DNA of 63,938 nucleotides, filler included, from Octopus bimaculoides (taxonomy: Eukaryota): NCBI RefSeq assembly GCF_001194135.2. It is 3 parts of 3 records of this genome, joined end to end, with 100 filler letters (N's around TTAATTAATTAA, not from the genome) between each part and the next. Parts side by side here need not be neighbours in the genome. Positions count along the whole stretch, not along the records: positions 23,395 to 48,449 come from NC_068983.1; 2 more parts are not named here. One strand, written 5' to 3'. Numbering within the stretch: the stretch's first letter is position 1; every line of letters begins with the position of its first letter. The position numbers and the translations under genes were made by a program. Below, in pieces: positions 24,008 through 36,199 of this stretch. The notes beneath the pieces were generated by a model. That model worked only from the letters and a program-made list of their open reading frames with translations, searched no databases and was not told where the DNA came from.

Positions 24008-24181
24008 TGTATGTATGTATGTATGCATGCATGTATGTATGCATGTATGTATGTATGTATGCATGTATGTATGCATGTATGTATGTATGTATGCATGTAT
24101 GTATGTATGTATGTATGTATCTATCTATCTATCTATCTATCTATCAACCTACCTACCTACCTATCTATCTATCTATCTATC
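23975..24181. repeat. (TATG)n/(TATC)n compound tetranucleotide repeat
   Basis: Direct observation. Confidence 0.96.
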
Positions 24182-24881
24182 AAAGCCACCATTCGGTCTC
24201 TGGTGGACGAACAGGGGCGCGAACTGCTNNNNNNNNNNNNNNNNNNNNNNNNNNNNNNNNNNNNNNNNNNNNNNNNNNNNNNNNNNNNNNNNNNNNNNNN
24301 NNNNNNNNNNNNNNNNNNNNNNNNNNNNTGTATGTTTGTGCGTGTGTCCACACATACTGTGCGTATGTGAGTGTAATTTCATTCGTTTTATATATGCGCA
24401 AGTGTGAGAGTATATATCATAAGTACGTACACGTGTTCGTATGTCAAAAGGAAGACCTCTCTGCACGAAAACGTACATATACCCTAAAACCTATATTTAT
24501 TACGATAGAGAATCAAGTGCAGGGCAGGAAGTTCAGCACTGTGATTTCAACTAAACGTAATCGATATATCAAGCTAGATTAATATCTTGTCTGGCATCAT
24601 ATAAAACACAGGAAATAGATAAATAAGATTTTGTGAAATGCGTTCTTTTGTCTTTCATAAATCCCTACGATTTTCTTGGGCATGCGAATCGTTGTGTACT
24701 AAGCGACTTGCATCTTGAGGGTGTATCCGAAGTACAAAATGTTTTATAGATATTTCTTACAAATGCGCATGTGTGTGTGTGAGTGTGTGTGTGTGTTGTA
24801 TGTACATAAATAAGATCAGTCGTAGTCCGCCCCTTCCTTCTAAATATCACCACCACCACCACTACCACCACCACCATCATT

Positions 24882-24915
<34 letters not shown>

Positions 24916-25084
24916 ACGTAAGTAAACGGCAGTGTTGTACAACTAATGTTTTGGATTATATGGCTTTTTTAACATTTTATCTCTAAATACAATTGAGTTC
25001 AAATTTACCTTTCAATAAATGGACAGATAAAATACAGTACGAATTTATGGTATCAACCAACCCTAAAAATTAGCTGTGCCTAAA

Positions 25085-25770
<686 letters not shown>

Positions 25771-25779
25771 CTGGTCTTA

Positions 25780-25860
25780 GTAGTAGTAGTAGCAGTAGTA
25801 GTAGTAGTAGTAGCAGTAGTAGTAGTAGTGGTGGTGGCAGCAGCAGCAGTAGCAGTAGCA
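25780..25860. repeat. (GTA)n/(GCA)n microsatellite
   Basis: Direct observation. Confidence 0.95.
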
Positions 25861-26399
25861 ACAGAACTCTTCTGTAGAATTCTAAACCACACATCTGCAT
25901 ATTTCTGGTCCTTCAACATATTTTCTAGTGTTGTTCTCATAACAATCATTACATATAATACGTGTGATTCGCATTTCCCCTTTAATCGTCCCTATGGCAG
26001 TACACATCTCTTATATTATCGGCAATACACATCCCGATAATTTGTGTTTGTTTTCATTCGTCCATGCTACGGTTTTCACAAAGATATTATATGTTTCGTG
26101 CTTTCTCGTGAATTATGATCACACATGATCACTGGATCGGTATAATAAACAGAAACCCTCTCAATACAGCTTCTAGTTATAAGGATAGAACATTTTCAGT
26201 CCGTATATCTTAGAAACCCACCGCTTCAAACTTGTAATTTTGTCGTGTGTAAAACTGATCAAAATTTACATTCCTTCTCCACTGCTATTTTGGTAAACAT
26301 ATAGTTAGCCTTAAAAATTGCCACTGTGCTATAGTTCATCATCAAATTTGCCAATTCACTTCTCTTTATTTATCCATTGTTTTGAAATTTGGTTGTGTT

Positions 26400-27950
26400 G
26401 ATAAATATGCTATATTCTTGGTTTGGCTACATATATCTGCTTTCCATCGCATTTTCTAACAAATTTATCTTCTCTTATAATTGCCTAATGTCAGTTACAT
26501 TGTGAGAATGTCTCCGCCTCTTTTTATCCTTATATCCTGTATTCACTGGATATTTTTCAATGTAAATAGCTAATAATTTTATTGTCAGTCTATCCTTTTT
26601 ACTAAGGGCATTTTCTGCCTCTGAAGAAAGGTGAAAAATACGAAACACCTAGCCTTTGCATAGGTAATTTATTTTAACAATGTTCCTTCTAGTTAGTGGT
26701 ACTTTTAAGATCTTTACTGAGCGTCATATATGTTTCATACATCATCATACTTGTGCTTTACCGCATTATCTTCTTACACGTCCAGATATGTATATCTCTC
26801 GATCGCTTTTACACTTCTTCATTTTTGTATTTTCTTTTATATCTTTCTATCTCTTTCAATCTCTTTCATTGTCGTGCTGTTTAGCCTTGAACAACATCAT
26901 TACAAGAAATCACCTGGGAAATACACAATTTCTGATACTCCGCTGTCATCTTTCCGATTTTCTATTTTTGTTTGACTTTATACATTTTATCGCAATACAT
27001 CTGCTGAAATTTCTAACAGACTTTATCAATAATCTCGTGACTTTGGAGTCAACTGTGAGGTCATTCCTGAACATTAGTTGGTTGATTCTTGCGTTAAATA
27101 TGGTTGAATGATACCTGGTTTGAACTTTCGTAGCATATGACTAAGGGTTCAATGCAATAAAAAACAGATTCTCCTTTGAAAATTACTATTTTAATTTTCA
27201 TTTCACCCTGTACTCTTTCATCATTTGTCAACTCGATTCGTCAAATCTTCATTTTTGCAATAATAATGTTTTCTAATCCATCAGCAATGCCAGATAATTT
27301 TGGATACTATAGAATCCAGAAATATAGGATCATGTAATAGTCATCGCCGCTCCCAATCCACTCTGTTGCTGGGTTTATTATTTTCCACCCGCGGAAATAT
27401 AATTTTGATAATATACAATAGTTTAACTGTCACGTAAATTGTTCTTTAACATTCGTTCTTTTCCCCAGGAAATAGGGGCTCCATTTCCATTTCATCACCT
27501 ATTAATCATGTCAGCGTTTCCACGTCAATTGTACCCATGTCATCAGCATAGTGTTATTTACGTCAGTTTCTTTTGTTATTTGTCTCTATACGAATACTTA
27601 TTTTCGTCATACGTAATGGTATATCTGCAGGGCATTAAGCAAAGTAGCTTGCCAACAGTGAGAGCATGCATTCATGAGTTTTAAAATAAAACGTTGCATC
27701 GTAACTGCGCTGTAAGTTTTCAATTTGTTCGTCCTTAATCATTCGCCCCTCATTATCTATCTCTTTTAGGCTTTTGTTAAATATATATCGTTTCTTTTGT
27801 GGCTCTTTTGCATTTTATGCACAGCTATTCAATCCAGGCATCATTCCTGGTTTTTCTTTCTCTTTTACGTATTCATATGTCAAATGCACATTAAGCACTT
27901 CATGTTCTAACTGTTCGTGTGCACAGTTTAGCTGCTGAGATAATTTTCGT
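26400..27950 (-). mobile_element. Highly decayed LINE RT remnant (L1-like, tentative)
   Basis: Minus-strand HYADDMG near 27535-27555; YEYVKEKEKPGM upstream; downstream segment resembling SG.KIN..K.EWIG. Boundaries are vague. Confidence 0.35.
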
Positions 27951-28450
27951 TTCTCATTTATATATTTTGTTGTGGTTAGGCTGGTTTATTTCCTTTACAT
28001 ATATTATTTTCTCCAGTTTTCGCTAGATTCTTTACGTGTGTCTCTTCTCTTTTTCTCTCTCTCCTTCTCTCTCTCCCACACACATTCTCTCTCTCTCTGT
28101 CTCTTCCCCCGCTCTCATTATATGTCCTTGTCTATATATTTATAAACCTTTTGGGATTTTATAATACTTTACTATATTGGGGACTGCTTCCGAAAATTCT
28201 TTCGTAAAGATCTTGGCTTTCTTATTCGTTTTTTATTTTCTGCCCTGGGTTTATTGTTTAATCTTTCTTTCAATGAAGCAACTAAGATGTCTGAGACAAA
28301 CATAGTTCCACATAAAATAACTCAAATTAAGCAAATTCTGCGCAATAAATGCAACTCGCAAATATACACCCGAAAAAATAGCGGAAATCCCAGAAAATAA
28401 AGGAAGCAGATCACACAGCAATTGTTAGCTAACATACACACAGACACACA

Positions 28451-28485
<35 letters not shown>

Positions 28486-28606
28486 GCACACACTGACACA
28501 CACACACACACGCACAGACGCGCGCGCACACACACACTTTGTATGTGTGTCTGTAGGTTCTCTTCTGTTTTTTATAGTTTAAATTCTTGCTCCGAGGAAG
28601 GCGCTG

Positions 28607-28620
28607 GTTTCCCTAGCAAC
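28607..28620. promoter_or_regulatory. Candidate RFX X-box
   Basis: GTTTCCCTAGCAAC fits GTNRCC/GTTNCC-N0-3-RGYAAC and sits in a short CpG-containing, non-repeat patch. Confidence 0.3.
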
Positions 28621-29211
28621 GATACAAAGCTCCGTCGTTGCAGTGTAGATAGAAATAACGTCAAATTTTGAACTTGAGAATATTCTTACATATTCATACT
28701 GTTCTACCCACAAATTTTATTTGTAATGTGATAGTTTAGTGGTTCCCAATCGTTTCACAGTGGTTACCATCAGTGATCCCCAACCATTGTATGTCAGTTA
28801 GTTTTCCAACGGACCCATTTTAATATGCTTATCCTTAAGTATAGATATGAACTATTGAATTCAGTTCGCGGGCCCCTAGGTGTCAGCGGATCCCAGGTTC
28901 TGAGCTGTTGTATTAGTTGGTCGATTTCTTTTTCTTAAAATCCTACGTTATCCAGGTTGTCGATTGGGCATTTAATCCGAAAATAAAACTAAATGCATCA
29001 ATTATTGTTGGTACAGATGTGAAATAATAGCCTAGATGTACAAACTGGAGGTTTCGAAGTAGTTATCCATAATTATCCTTTCGCTTTGATTTTCAAAGAT
29101 ATATTCATATCGTATGCATGTGTATATGTATGTATGAATATATGAAGCTACGAATATATGTATGTATGCATGTTTGTATGTACGTATGTATGTATATATG
29201 TAAGTATGTAA

Positions 29212-29520
29212 AGTGAAGACGCATGGCTCAGTGGTTAAAACATCAGGCTCACTAGTTACAGGGTCGTGCTGTGTGTTGTGTTCTTGAGCAAGACACTTTA
29301 TTTCAGATAGTTCCAGTTCATTTATCTGTAGAACTGGTGGCAAGCTGTATCAGCCCTTGACTTACCCTAGGAGAACATCGGTGGCGTGGAGAGTGAAGGG
29401 GGGGGGGCTGACATGCATGGGTGACTGCTGCCCCCTCCATAAACAACCCTGTCGAGACTTGTGCCTCGGCAGGGAACTGTCTAGCGGCAATCCATGGTTA
29501 TTCATTACCGAATGAAGTCT
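29212..29520 (+). mobile_element. SINE family D (tRNA-derived, CORE-like)
   Basis: gtgaagacgcaTGGCTCAGTGGttaa A box; gttgtgttcttgagcaagacacttt core. Confidence 0.75.
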
Positions 29521-29803
29521 TTACAGCATGTTTGAAAGTACGCATGTATGCTTTATAGCGACGTCTATGTTGGTGGAGTTATTGACTTTTGTCATGAACA
29601 TGCAAGCGAATTACTTGTTGCATTAGATGCCTTTTTTTTCTAAAATCAGGTCTGAATAATGTTGCCGTGGTAAGTATAGGTGTTTCTCTTATTTATAATT
29701 GGGGAAGTAAACCAGTTATAGATTTCGGCTGGAGAAGTCGGTATAAATGTTGAATAAAACGATCAAAAGGACATTCGAAACGGTCGTCCACGCCTGCTCG
29801 TCT

Positions 29804-31262
29804 ATGTATGTATGTATGTATGTATGTATGTACGTACGTACGTACGTACGTATGTATGTATGTATGTATGTATGTATGTATGTATGTATGTATAAATGCG
29901 TTTATATGTATGTATGTATGTACTACGTATGTACGTATGTATGTATGTATGTATGTATGTATGCATGAATGTATGTATAAATTCCTGCATGTATGTATAT
30001 ATGCATGTATGTATGTATGTATGTACATATGTATAAATGCATGCAGGAATGTTTGTATGAATATATGTATGTATGTATGTATGTAGGTATATAAGTATGT
30101 ATGTACGTACATATGTATATGTGTGTATGTATTTATGCAAGCATGTACGTACATACGTATGTANNNNNNNNNNNNNNNNNNNNNNNNNNNNNNNNNNNNN
30201 NNNNNNNNNNNNNNNNNNNNNNNNNNNNNNNNNNNNNNNNNNNNNNNNNNNNNNNNNNNNNNNNNNNNNNNNNNNNNNNNNNNNNNNNNNNNNNNNNNNN
30301 NNNNNNNNNNNNNNNNNNNNNNNNNNNNNNNNNNNNNNNNNNNNNNNNNNNNNNNNNNNNNNNNNNNNNNNNNNNNNNNNNNNNNNNNNNNNNNNNNNNN
30401 NNNNNNNNNNNNNNNNNNNNNNNNNNNNNNNNNNNNNNNNNNNNNNNNNNNNNNNNNNNNNNNNNNNNNNNNNNNNNNNNNNNNNNNNNNNNNNNNNNNN
30501 NNNNNNNNNNNNNNNNNNNNNNNNNNNNNNNNNNNNNNNNNNNNNNNNNNNNNNNNNNNNNNNNNNNNNNNNNNNNNNNNNNNNNNNNNNNNNNNNNNNN
30601 NNNNNNNNNNNNNNNNNNNNNNNNNNNNNNNNNNNNNNNNNNNNNNNNNNNNNNNNNNNNNNNNNNNNNNNNNNNNNNNNNNNNNNNNNNNNNNNNNNNN
30701 NNNNNNNNNNNNNNNNNNNNNNNNNNNNNNNNNNNNNNNNNNNNNNNNNNNNNNNNNNNNNNNNNNNNNNNNNNNNNNNNNNNNNNNNNNNNNNNNNNNN
30801 NNNNNNNNNNNNNNNNNNNNNNNTACATCATCTTTCTGATGCTGAAGAAGCAATCTATGTATGTATGTATGTATGTATGTATGCATGTATGTATGTATGT
30901 ATGAATGAATGAATGAATGCATGTATGTATATCATGTATGTATGTATGCAATTGTGCATATGTGTATATATATGTATGCATGAATGTTCGTATATACGTA
31001 CATATGTATGTACGTGTCTGAATGTATACATGCATATGCATGTGTATATGTATGTATGTATGTATGCATATATATATGCATTAATGCCTGTATGTATGAA
31101 TGCAAGTATGTATGTATGCAATTGTGCATATGTGTATATATGTATCTATGCATGTTCGTACATACGTACATATGTATGTACGTGTCTGTGAATGTATACA
31201 TGTATATGCGTGTGCATATACATGTATGTATGTATGCATGTATGTATGTATGTATGTATATA
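29804..31262. repeat. Long decayed (TATG)n field spanning an N gap, with a 170-bp higher-order duplication
   Basis: caattgtgcatatgtgtatata..cgtgtctg..aatgtatacatg occurs at about 30949 and 31119. Confidence 0.92.
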
Positions 31263-31821
31263 TTTACGTATTATATAAGTATAGATTTGTACATTTGTTG
31301 AAACGTTTACTGCTCAGACCTGATACTTTTACGATACCGAGGATAGCTTTCTCAAGTTTGTTCCTAAATGTCATTATTTTTACTTTCTTCTTTTCACTCA
31401 TTTTTAAACTCTAACTCTCCTTTTGTTTTCAATCCGTCAACTAATATTTCTGCAATAAACGCACTTCCACAATATAGCAGTCCATTTGTATTGATGATGG
31501 CAATTATTCGCATCGTTTTCAGGATATAACCTTTTATTACTTACACATTTTTATGCTCCTAAGAATAGTTAACTCTCTCTTTCTCTCTCTCTCTCTCTTC
31601 TCTTGAGTTGTTAATAACAGTAATTTACCCACTGAGTTTTCTTTATTCCTTAAAGATTCCGAATTCAGCTTCTATTCCGCTTTCGGCATCTCCTAAAACA
31701 AAGACTTACGATCTATTTTATCTACGAGTCTACGCTTGCTTTATTTAATGCTTTTTAATTTTAGTATCGACCTGATATTCGTCCACATCTTCGATGACTG
31801 TTGATACTACAACACCTGCTG

Positions 31822-31822
31822 T

Positions 31823-31893
<71 letters not shown>

Positions 31894-31912
31894 TTACTAC
31901 TACTACTACTAC
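31822..31912. repeat. (CTA)n microsatellite
   Basis: Direct observation. Confidence 0.97.
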
Positions 31913-31934
31913 TCTTGACATATCGGATATTATG

Positions 31935-32130
31935 AAGCAGACTCGGCATTTCGACCATCTTTACGTTCTGAGTTCAAATTCCGCCACAAGGCCGACTTTC
32001 TCTTTCATTCTCTCGAGGTAGATAAAGTATAACACGCAGATCAAATATATACAAGTTGAGCACTGTGGTTGATGTAATCGACTTGAACCTCGGCTCAGAA
32101 AATTACTGAACTGTGCCAAAATTAAAAATA
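31935..32130 (+). mobile_element. SINE family C
   Basis: ctttacgttctgagttcaaattccgcc..gactttctctttcatt..gataaagta..gttgagcactg..aatcgact. Confidence 0.75.
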
Positions 32131-32399
32131 TTATTGTTATTATTTTATTGTCTTTGCCCAGCTTCTAATACTGGAGATGCATTACAGTGCTGTAACATCT
32201 TGTCAGTCTGAAAGATAAAGTCCCAGATAGTGTTGGCCAATTTCCACTCGTGCCCATTTCAGAATGGTTGCACTATAGTGATCTACAGTAACAGCGAGTA
32301 TTGATGGCAGTCACAAAATTTCTTGCCTTGAGCTGTGACTTCAAGAAAAGTTTAAGGCGCTTCAGTTATTTAGTGGCGAATTTTTCTTTCATTTCTTTC

Positions 32400-32550
32400 T
32401 GAAAAGTATTCACTTCTACTCTAAGCACAAGGCCCGAAATTTGCGGAGAGGGGGCTAGTCGATTAGATCGAATCCAGTACTCAACTGGTACTTAATTTAT
32501 TGACCCACAAAGAATGAAAAGCAAGGTCGAGCTCGGCGGAATTTGAACAA
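32400..32550 (-). mobile_element. SINE family C
   Basis: ctactctaagcacaaggcccgaaattt..gtcgattagatcga..ggtacttaatttattgacc..ggcggaatttgaac. Confidence 0.85.
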
Positions 32551-32658
32551 ATAGGGGCTGCAATAAGAGTGGAGCACTTGCGGAAAACAGCACTACTTGG
32601 AACCGCTCGAAAACTCCGGGACGTGCTTAAACAATAAGAGGCGTTACCTTAGTTCACT

Positions 32659-32718
<60 letters not shown>

Positions 32719-32730
32719 CAGCAGCAGTAG
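32659..32730. repeat. (GTA)n microsatellite
   Basis: Direct observation. Confidence 0.97.
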
Positions 32731-33199
32731 TAGAAGCAGGAACAAAATCAGCAGCAGTAGCAGTCTGTAGATTTTCGTTAGTTGTATATGATTTATATAA
32801 TTCTGTAAGTCAAACAGAGTGGTTTGACATTACAAGCATTTCTATTTTTGCTTTTCTGATACTTTTCTTGGAAGAAACGAAAAAACATCTATTCCATCGG
32901 AACTCTATATTCCTAACTTCACATGTAGAAATATCTGTTATCATTTTTTTTTCCTTTTCGATTTTATATGCCGCTTCACTGCTCCCACCAGTTTTATAAC
33001 CACTCTGTCAATATTCCATATGTTTGATTTTTAAAAATATTTTCATGATTTTATATTTGGTAGGATGTTCTCGCTCATTTTTTTACAATTCATATGTTAT
33101 TGTCTGTTTGATAAACCGTACCAAAAACTGTACAAGATATTGTATTTATTTGATGATATTTTTGTAACTGTTTTATTTCTCTTTGCACCTATCTTATTA

Positions 33200-34500
33200 A
33201 CTGTATGCAACATTCATGAGAGTCGTACAGATTCTATTTCACAGCAATATCACTGTGGTACATCTAATGTAATATTTTCATCTTCTGGGTTTAAATTTGC
33301 ATAAATATTTTCCGGTAGATATATATTGATAAACTGTTAGATCTCCAGATATTTCCTCATGTATTCATTGCATGATATATACTGCCAAGACGTGGTATAT
33401 GGTTTCATGAGATTACTCACGGAAGCTAGTTTTTCATATTTAGTTTTGTTTGTTTGATTGTTTTTAAGAGTATGTATTTGAACGTGGTTTTAAAGTGCGA
33501 TTGTCCTTTTTGTAACTAATGCAAAGCGCCAGCAATTTTAGTCTAAATAAGTCTTAGAAATATTCCTATTACATATTCTTTTTCTATTTAATGAAACCTA
33601 TCAGTTTTGTATTCACATTTTTAGTTGGGTGTTTTTCCTGTTTAGTTTCTTATTATTGTAAAGGTTTCATATAACATATCCAGTTGCACATGTTGTCTTT
33701 GTCTTTTCTGTTTCGTGAAGTACGTAAATCATGTGTCATCTTCAGAGACATTTATCATGACGATTGATAACATTTTCTTTCTGGCGTACTTGTGAATATT
33801 TTACAGCTTCCTTATCGTCAACTTCCAAATTATTGTTTACAATTTGAACTGTTAACGTATGTTTAATATTCAGTTGTATTCTTTCGTGTTATTCGAATCC
33901 GCATTACAACTTTTGCTATGACTAATGCTTTATTGTCACACATTATATTCGTTCATCGTTATTGACACTCGTAATACCGTTGCACATATTTCGTTGCAAA
34001 TAATTTTATTTCATAGTTAATTTCATTGTCAGAGCTTTCCGAATTGATCATCACGCATTGACAGAATGTCACACGTGTACAGATAAAAACGTCAAACTCC
34101 ATAACGGTATTCAAGCTATAACATTTTGCCTCTGTGTTGGAAAATATTTTCAGGTTTATTTGGATCTGATTTCTCTCTTTAATGTTCTTCATACAGGGTC
34201 AAATGTAAGGGAGTATCGATCGGAGTTACTTGAGTATTGTGCAAACGTATGTGAAGAATTACGCATGCAGTTGATAGAGTCAGAGAAAAATATGTGGGCA
34301 AGATTGAATTTACCGAACGATTTAATTCCTAATATAGCATGTATGCTTTTAGGACTCATCATTATGGGTTTATGATATCATAGTTCGCATTCGGACATGA
34401 TAATCTTCTTGAAACCTGTAAATGTTAGTAATAGTATACTATTCATTGATTTACATATACTTAGATACAAGCACACGCATAAATGCTTTTGTAACCAATG
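33200..34500 (-). mobile_element. Possible very old LINE RT remnant
   Basis: Only weak motif echoes (TFDPV for AFDRV; SEDDT for ADDT) in plausible order. Confidence 0.25.
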
Positions 34501-35834
34501 TAGGCAGTATTTAGTCTTATCCTATTCTGGCTGATGGTTTAATTTGAAATAGTCGATATTTAGAATCATAAGAACTTCCATAGTAGCCCTCTTATTCAGA
34601 AAGAGGCGGATACGTACATAGCTATTACATCTCAGCTTTAATGTCGATGCTGTGTAAGAGATCAGAAGTGAAGGAAATGGCTTATAATATCTCTCATTTT
34701 AAGTAGACGGTTAGTGATTCCATCATATCTGATACTGCATCATATCAGAGTATTGAAGATCCTATATGCATTTTATTAGAAATTCTGCTATTTTCCCCCG
34801 GCTGATGTTCTGCTCCTCTCCTTTTATGGCTTTTGTTATACCGTGTACCTTAGTATCTAGTCGCTGATTGCATTGCAAAGTTCAATGTTACAGTTGTTTC
34901 GCGGATACGTTGGTTTATCGTCAGTATTTACATGGTTTATCTTCAGTATTACATTCTATTCACATTCTGATTTCAAACACAATGGCAGTCGACTTTGCCT
35001 TTCAGTATAGAAGGATTGATAAAATAATTCAAGAACGGAAGTGAGATTAATCGATTATAACTTCAAGCAACATCTGTAGCATTCGGTTTTTGAAAATGTA
35101 AATTTTCATGATTTGGGTGATCAAATGACGCATAAGATGCGTCTAGAAATTTTTCAAATTGAGTAAATGAGTTAATAGAATGTTCAGGCAACACCTAGGC
35201 ATTTTGCTATTTTGGAGAGGTACCTGTATATGAGAAAACGGTATGCGTCTTTACACGATAAACTGTCTACCGTCCCACTTATATCAATTACACAGTTGAG
35301 ATGAGGTAGAGTATTTAAAGTGTTTTGCTGCTGTTCTTGATGCTTATATTTAGCCTAAAGATGATTCTAATTGAAAGTACATTTCTTTAATGTGTGAAAT
35401 AAGGTAGCCATCTGTATATAGAACAATTTTACTACAATGTTTTGGTGACTTCAAATACATTTTATAAGTTTTAGCATTTCTCATCCTGATGAAAATATTG
35501 GAGATTATATCATATGTAGCAACTTAATTATTGTAGCTATTTTTCTTTTAATGTGTAAAGTATTGTATTGTTGGATGACTCCCTAGTTCTCCTATGCGTA
35601 TGACAACTTTTGTAGTATTTTCCAATATTTCCCTTTAATTCTAATTTGTTGCGTGACATGGTCATGCGCTCGCCTTCATAGTACATCATTTCAGGTCCAA
35701 TGCCACTGCATAGGTTCTTTGAAGTGTCATTTACTAGCAGATCGTGAAGTCAACGAAAGCATTATGAAGGAAAAGCTATAGATCGTAACTTTTAGGAAAT
35801 ATTTCAAGAGGGCACTTTTGTTCTTGGAATACTC

Positions 35835-36060
35835 TTTTACAGCCATTTGACTGCGGTCATACTGGAGCACCAGCATTAGTCGAAATATATACACGAAGAG
35901 CTTTTTACAGTTTCCATCCACCAAATTCACTCACAAGGCTTTGGTCAGCCCGAGGCTATAGTAGAAGACACTCGCCCAAGGTGTCACGCAGTGGGACTGA
36001 ACCCAGATACCTTGTGGTTGGGAAGCAAGCGTCCTGCCGCACAGCAACACCTGCACCTTA
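35835..36060 (-). mobile_element. SINE family A, internally deleted
   Basis: Tail piece catttgactgcggtcatactggagcacc fused to a well-conserved core and head (actcacaaggctttggtcagcccgaggctatagtagaagacac..gggactgaaccc). Confidence 0.9.
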
Positions 36061-36199
36061 AGATTATATTTAATAGGTTATACTGAATTCGTCGCTCGAT
36101 TTAAACTAACCTTATGGTTCTTGAATGAATATAAGAGAGCCTATTCTGTTGCAAGTAGTCGGATGCGACCACGGCTTCGAATATAGTTTCCTTTCTTCC

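Noticed and set aside
29725-29800. GAAA-CGGTCG-TC resembling a hammerhead 3' half
   Set aside because: The upstream core reads CTGGAGA, and stems I and II do not pair.
33700-33755. CTGAAGA..GAAA on the minus strand
   Set aside because: Stem II register is broken and there is no stem III; at best a decayed remnant.
34890-34960. Hammerhead-like CTGACGA..GAAA on the minus strand
   Set aside because: No stem II closing pair and no convincing stem III; the CTGA(A/C)GA motifs come from a 21-bp local duplication.
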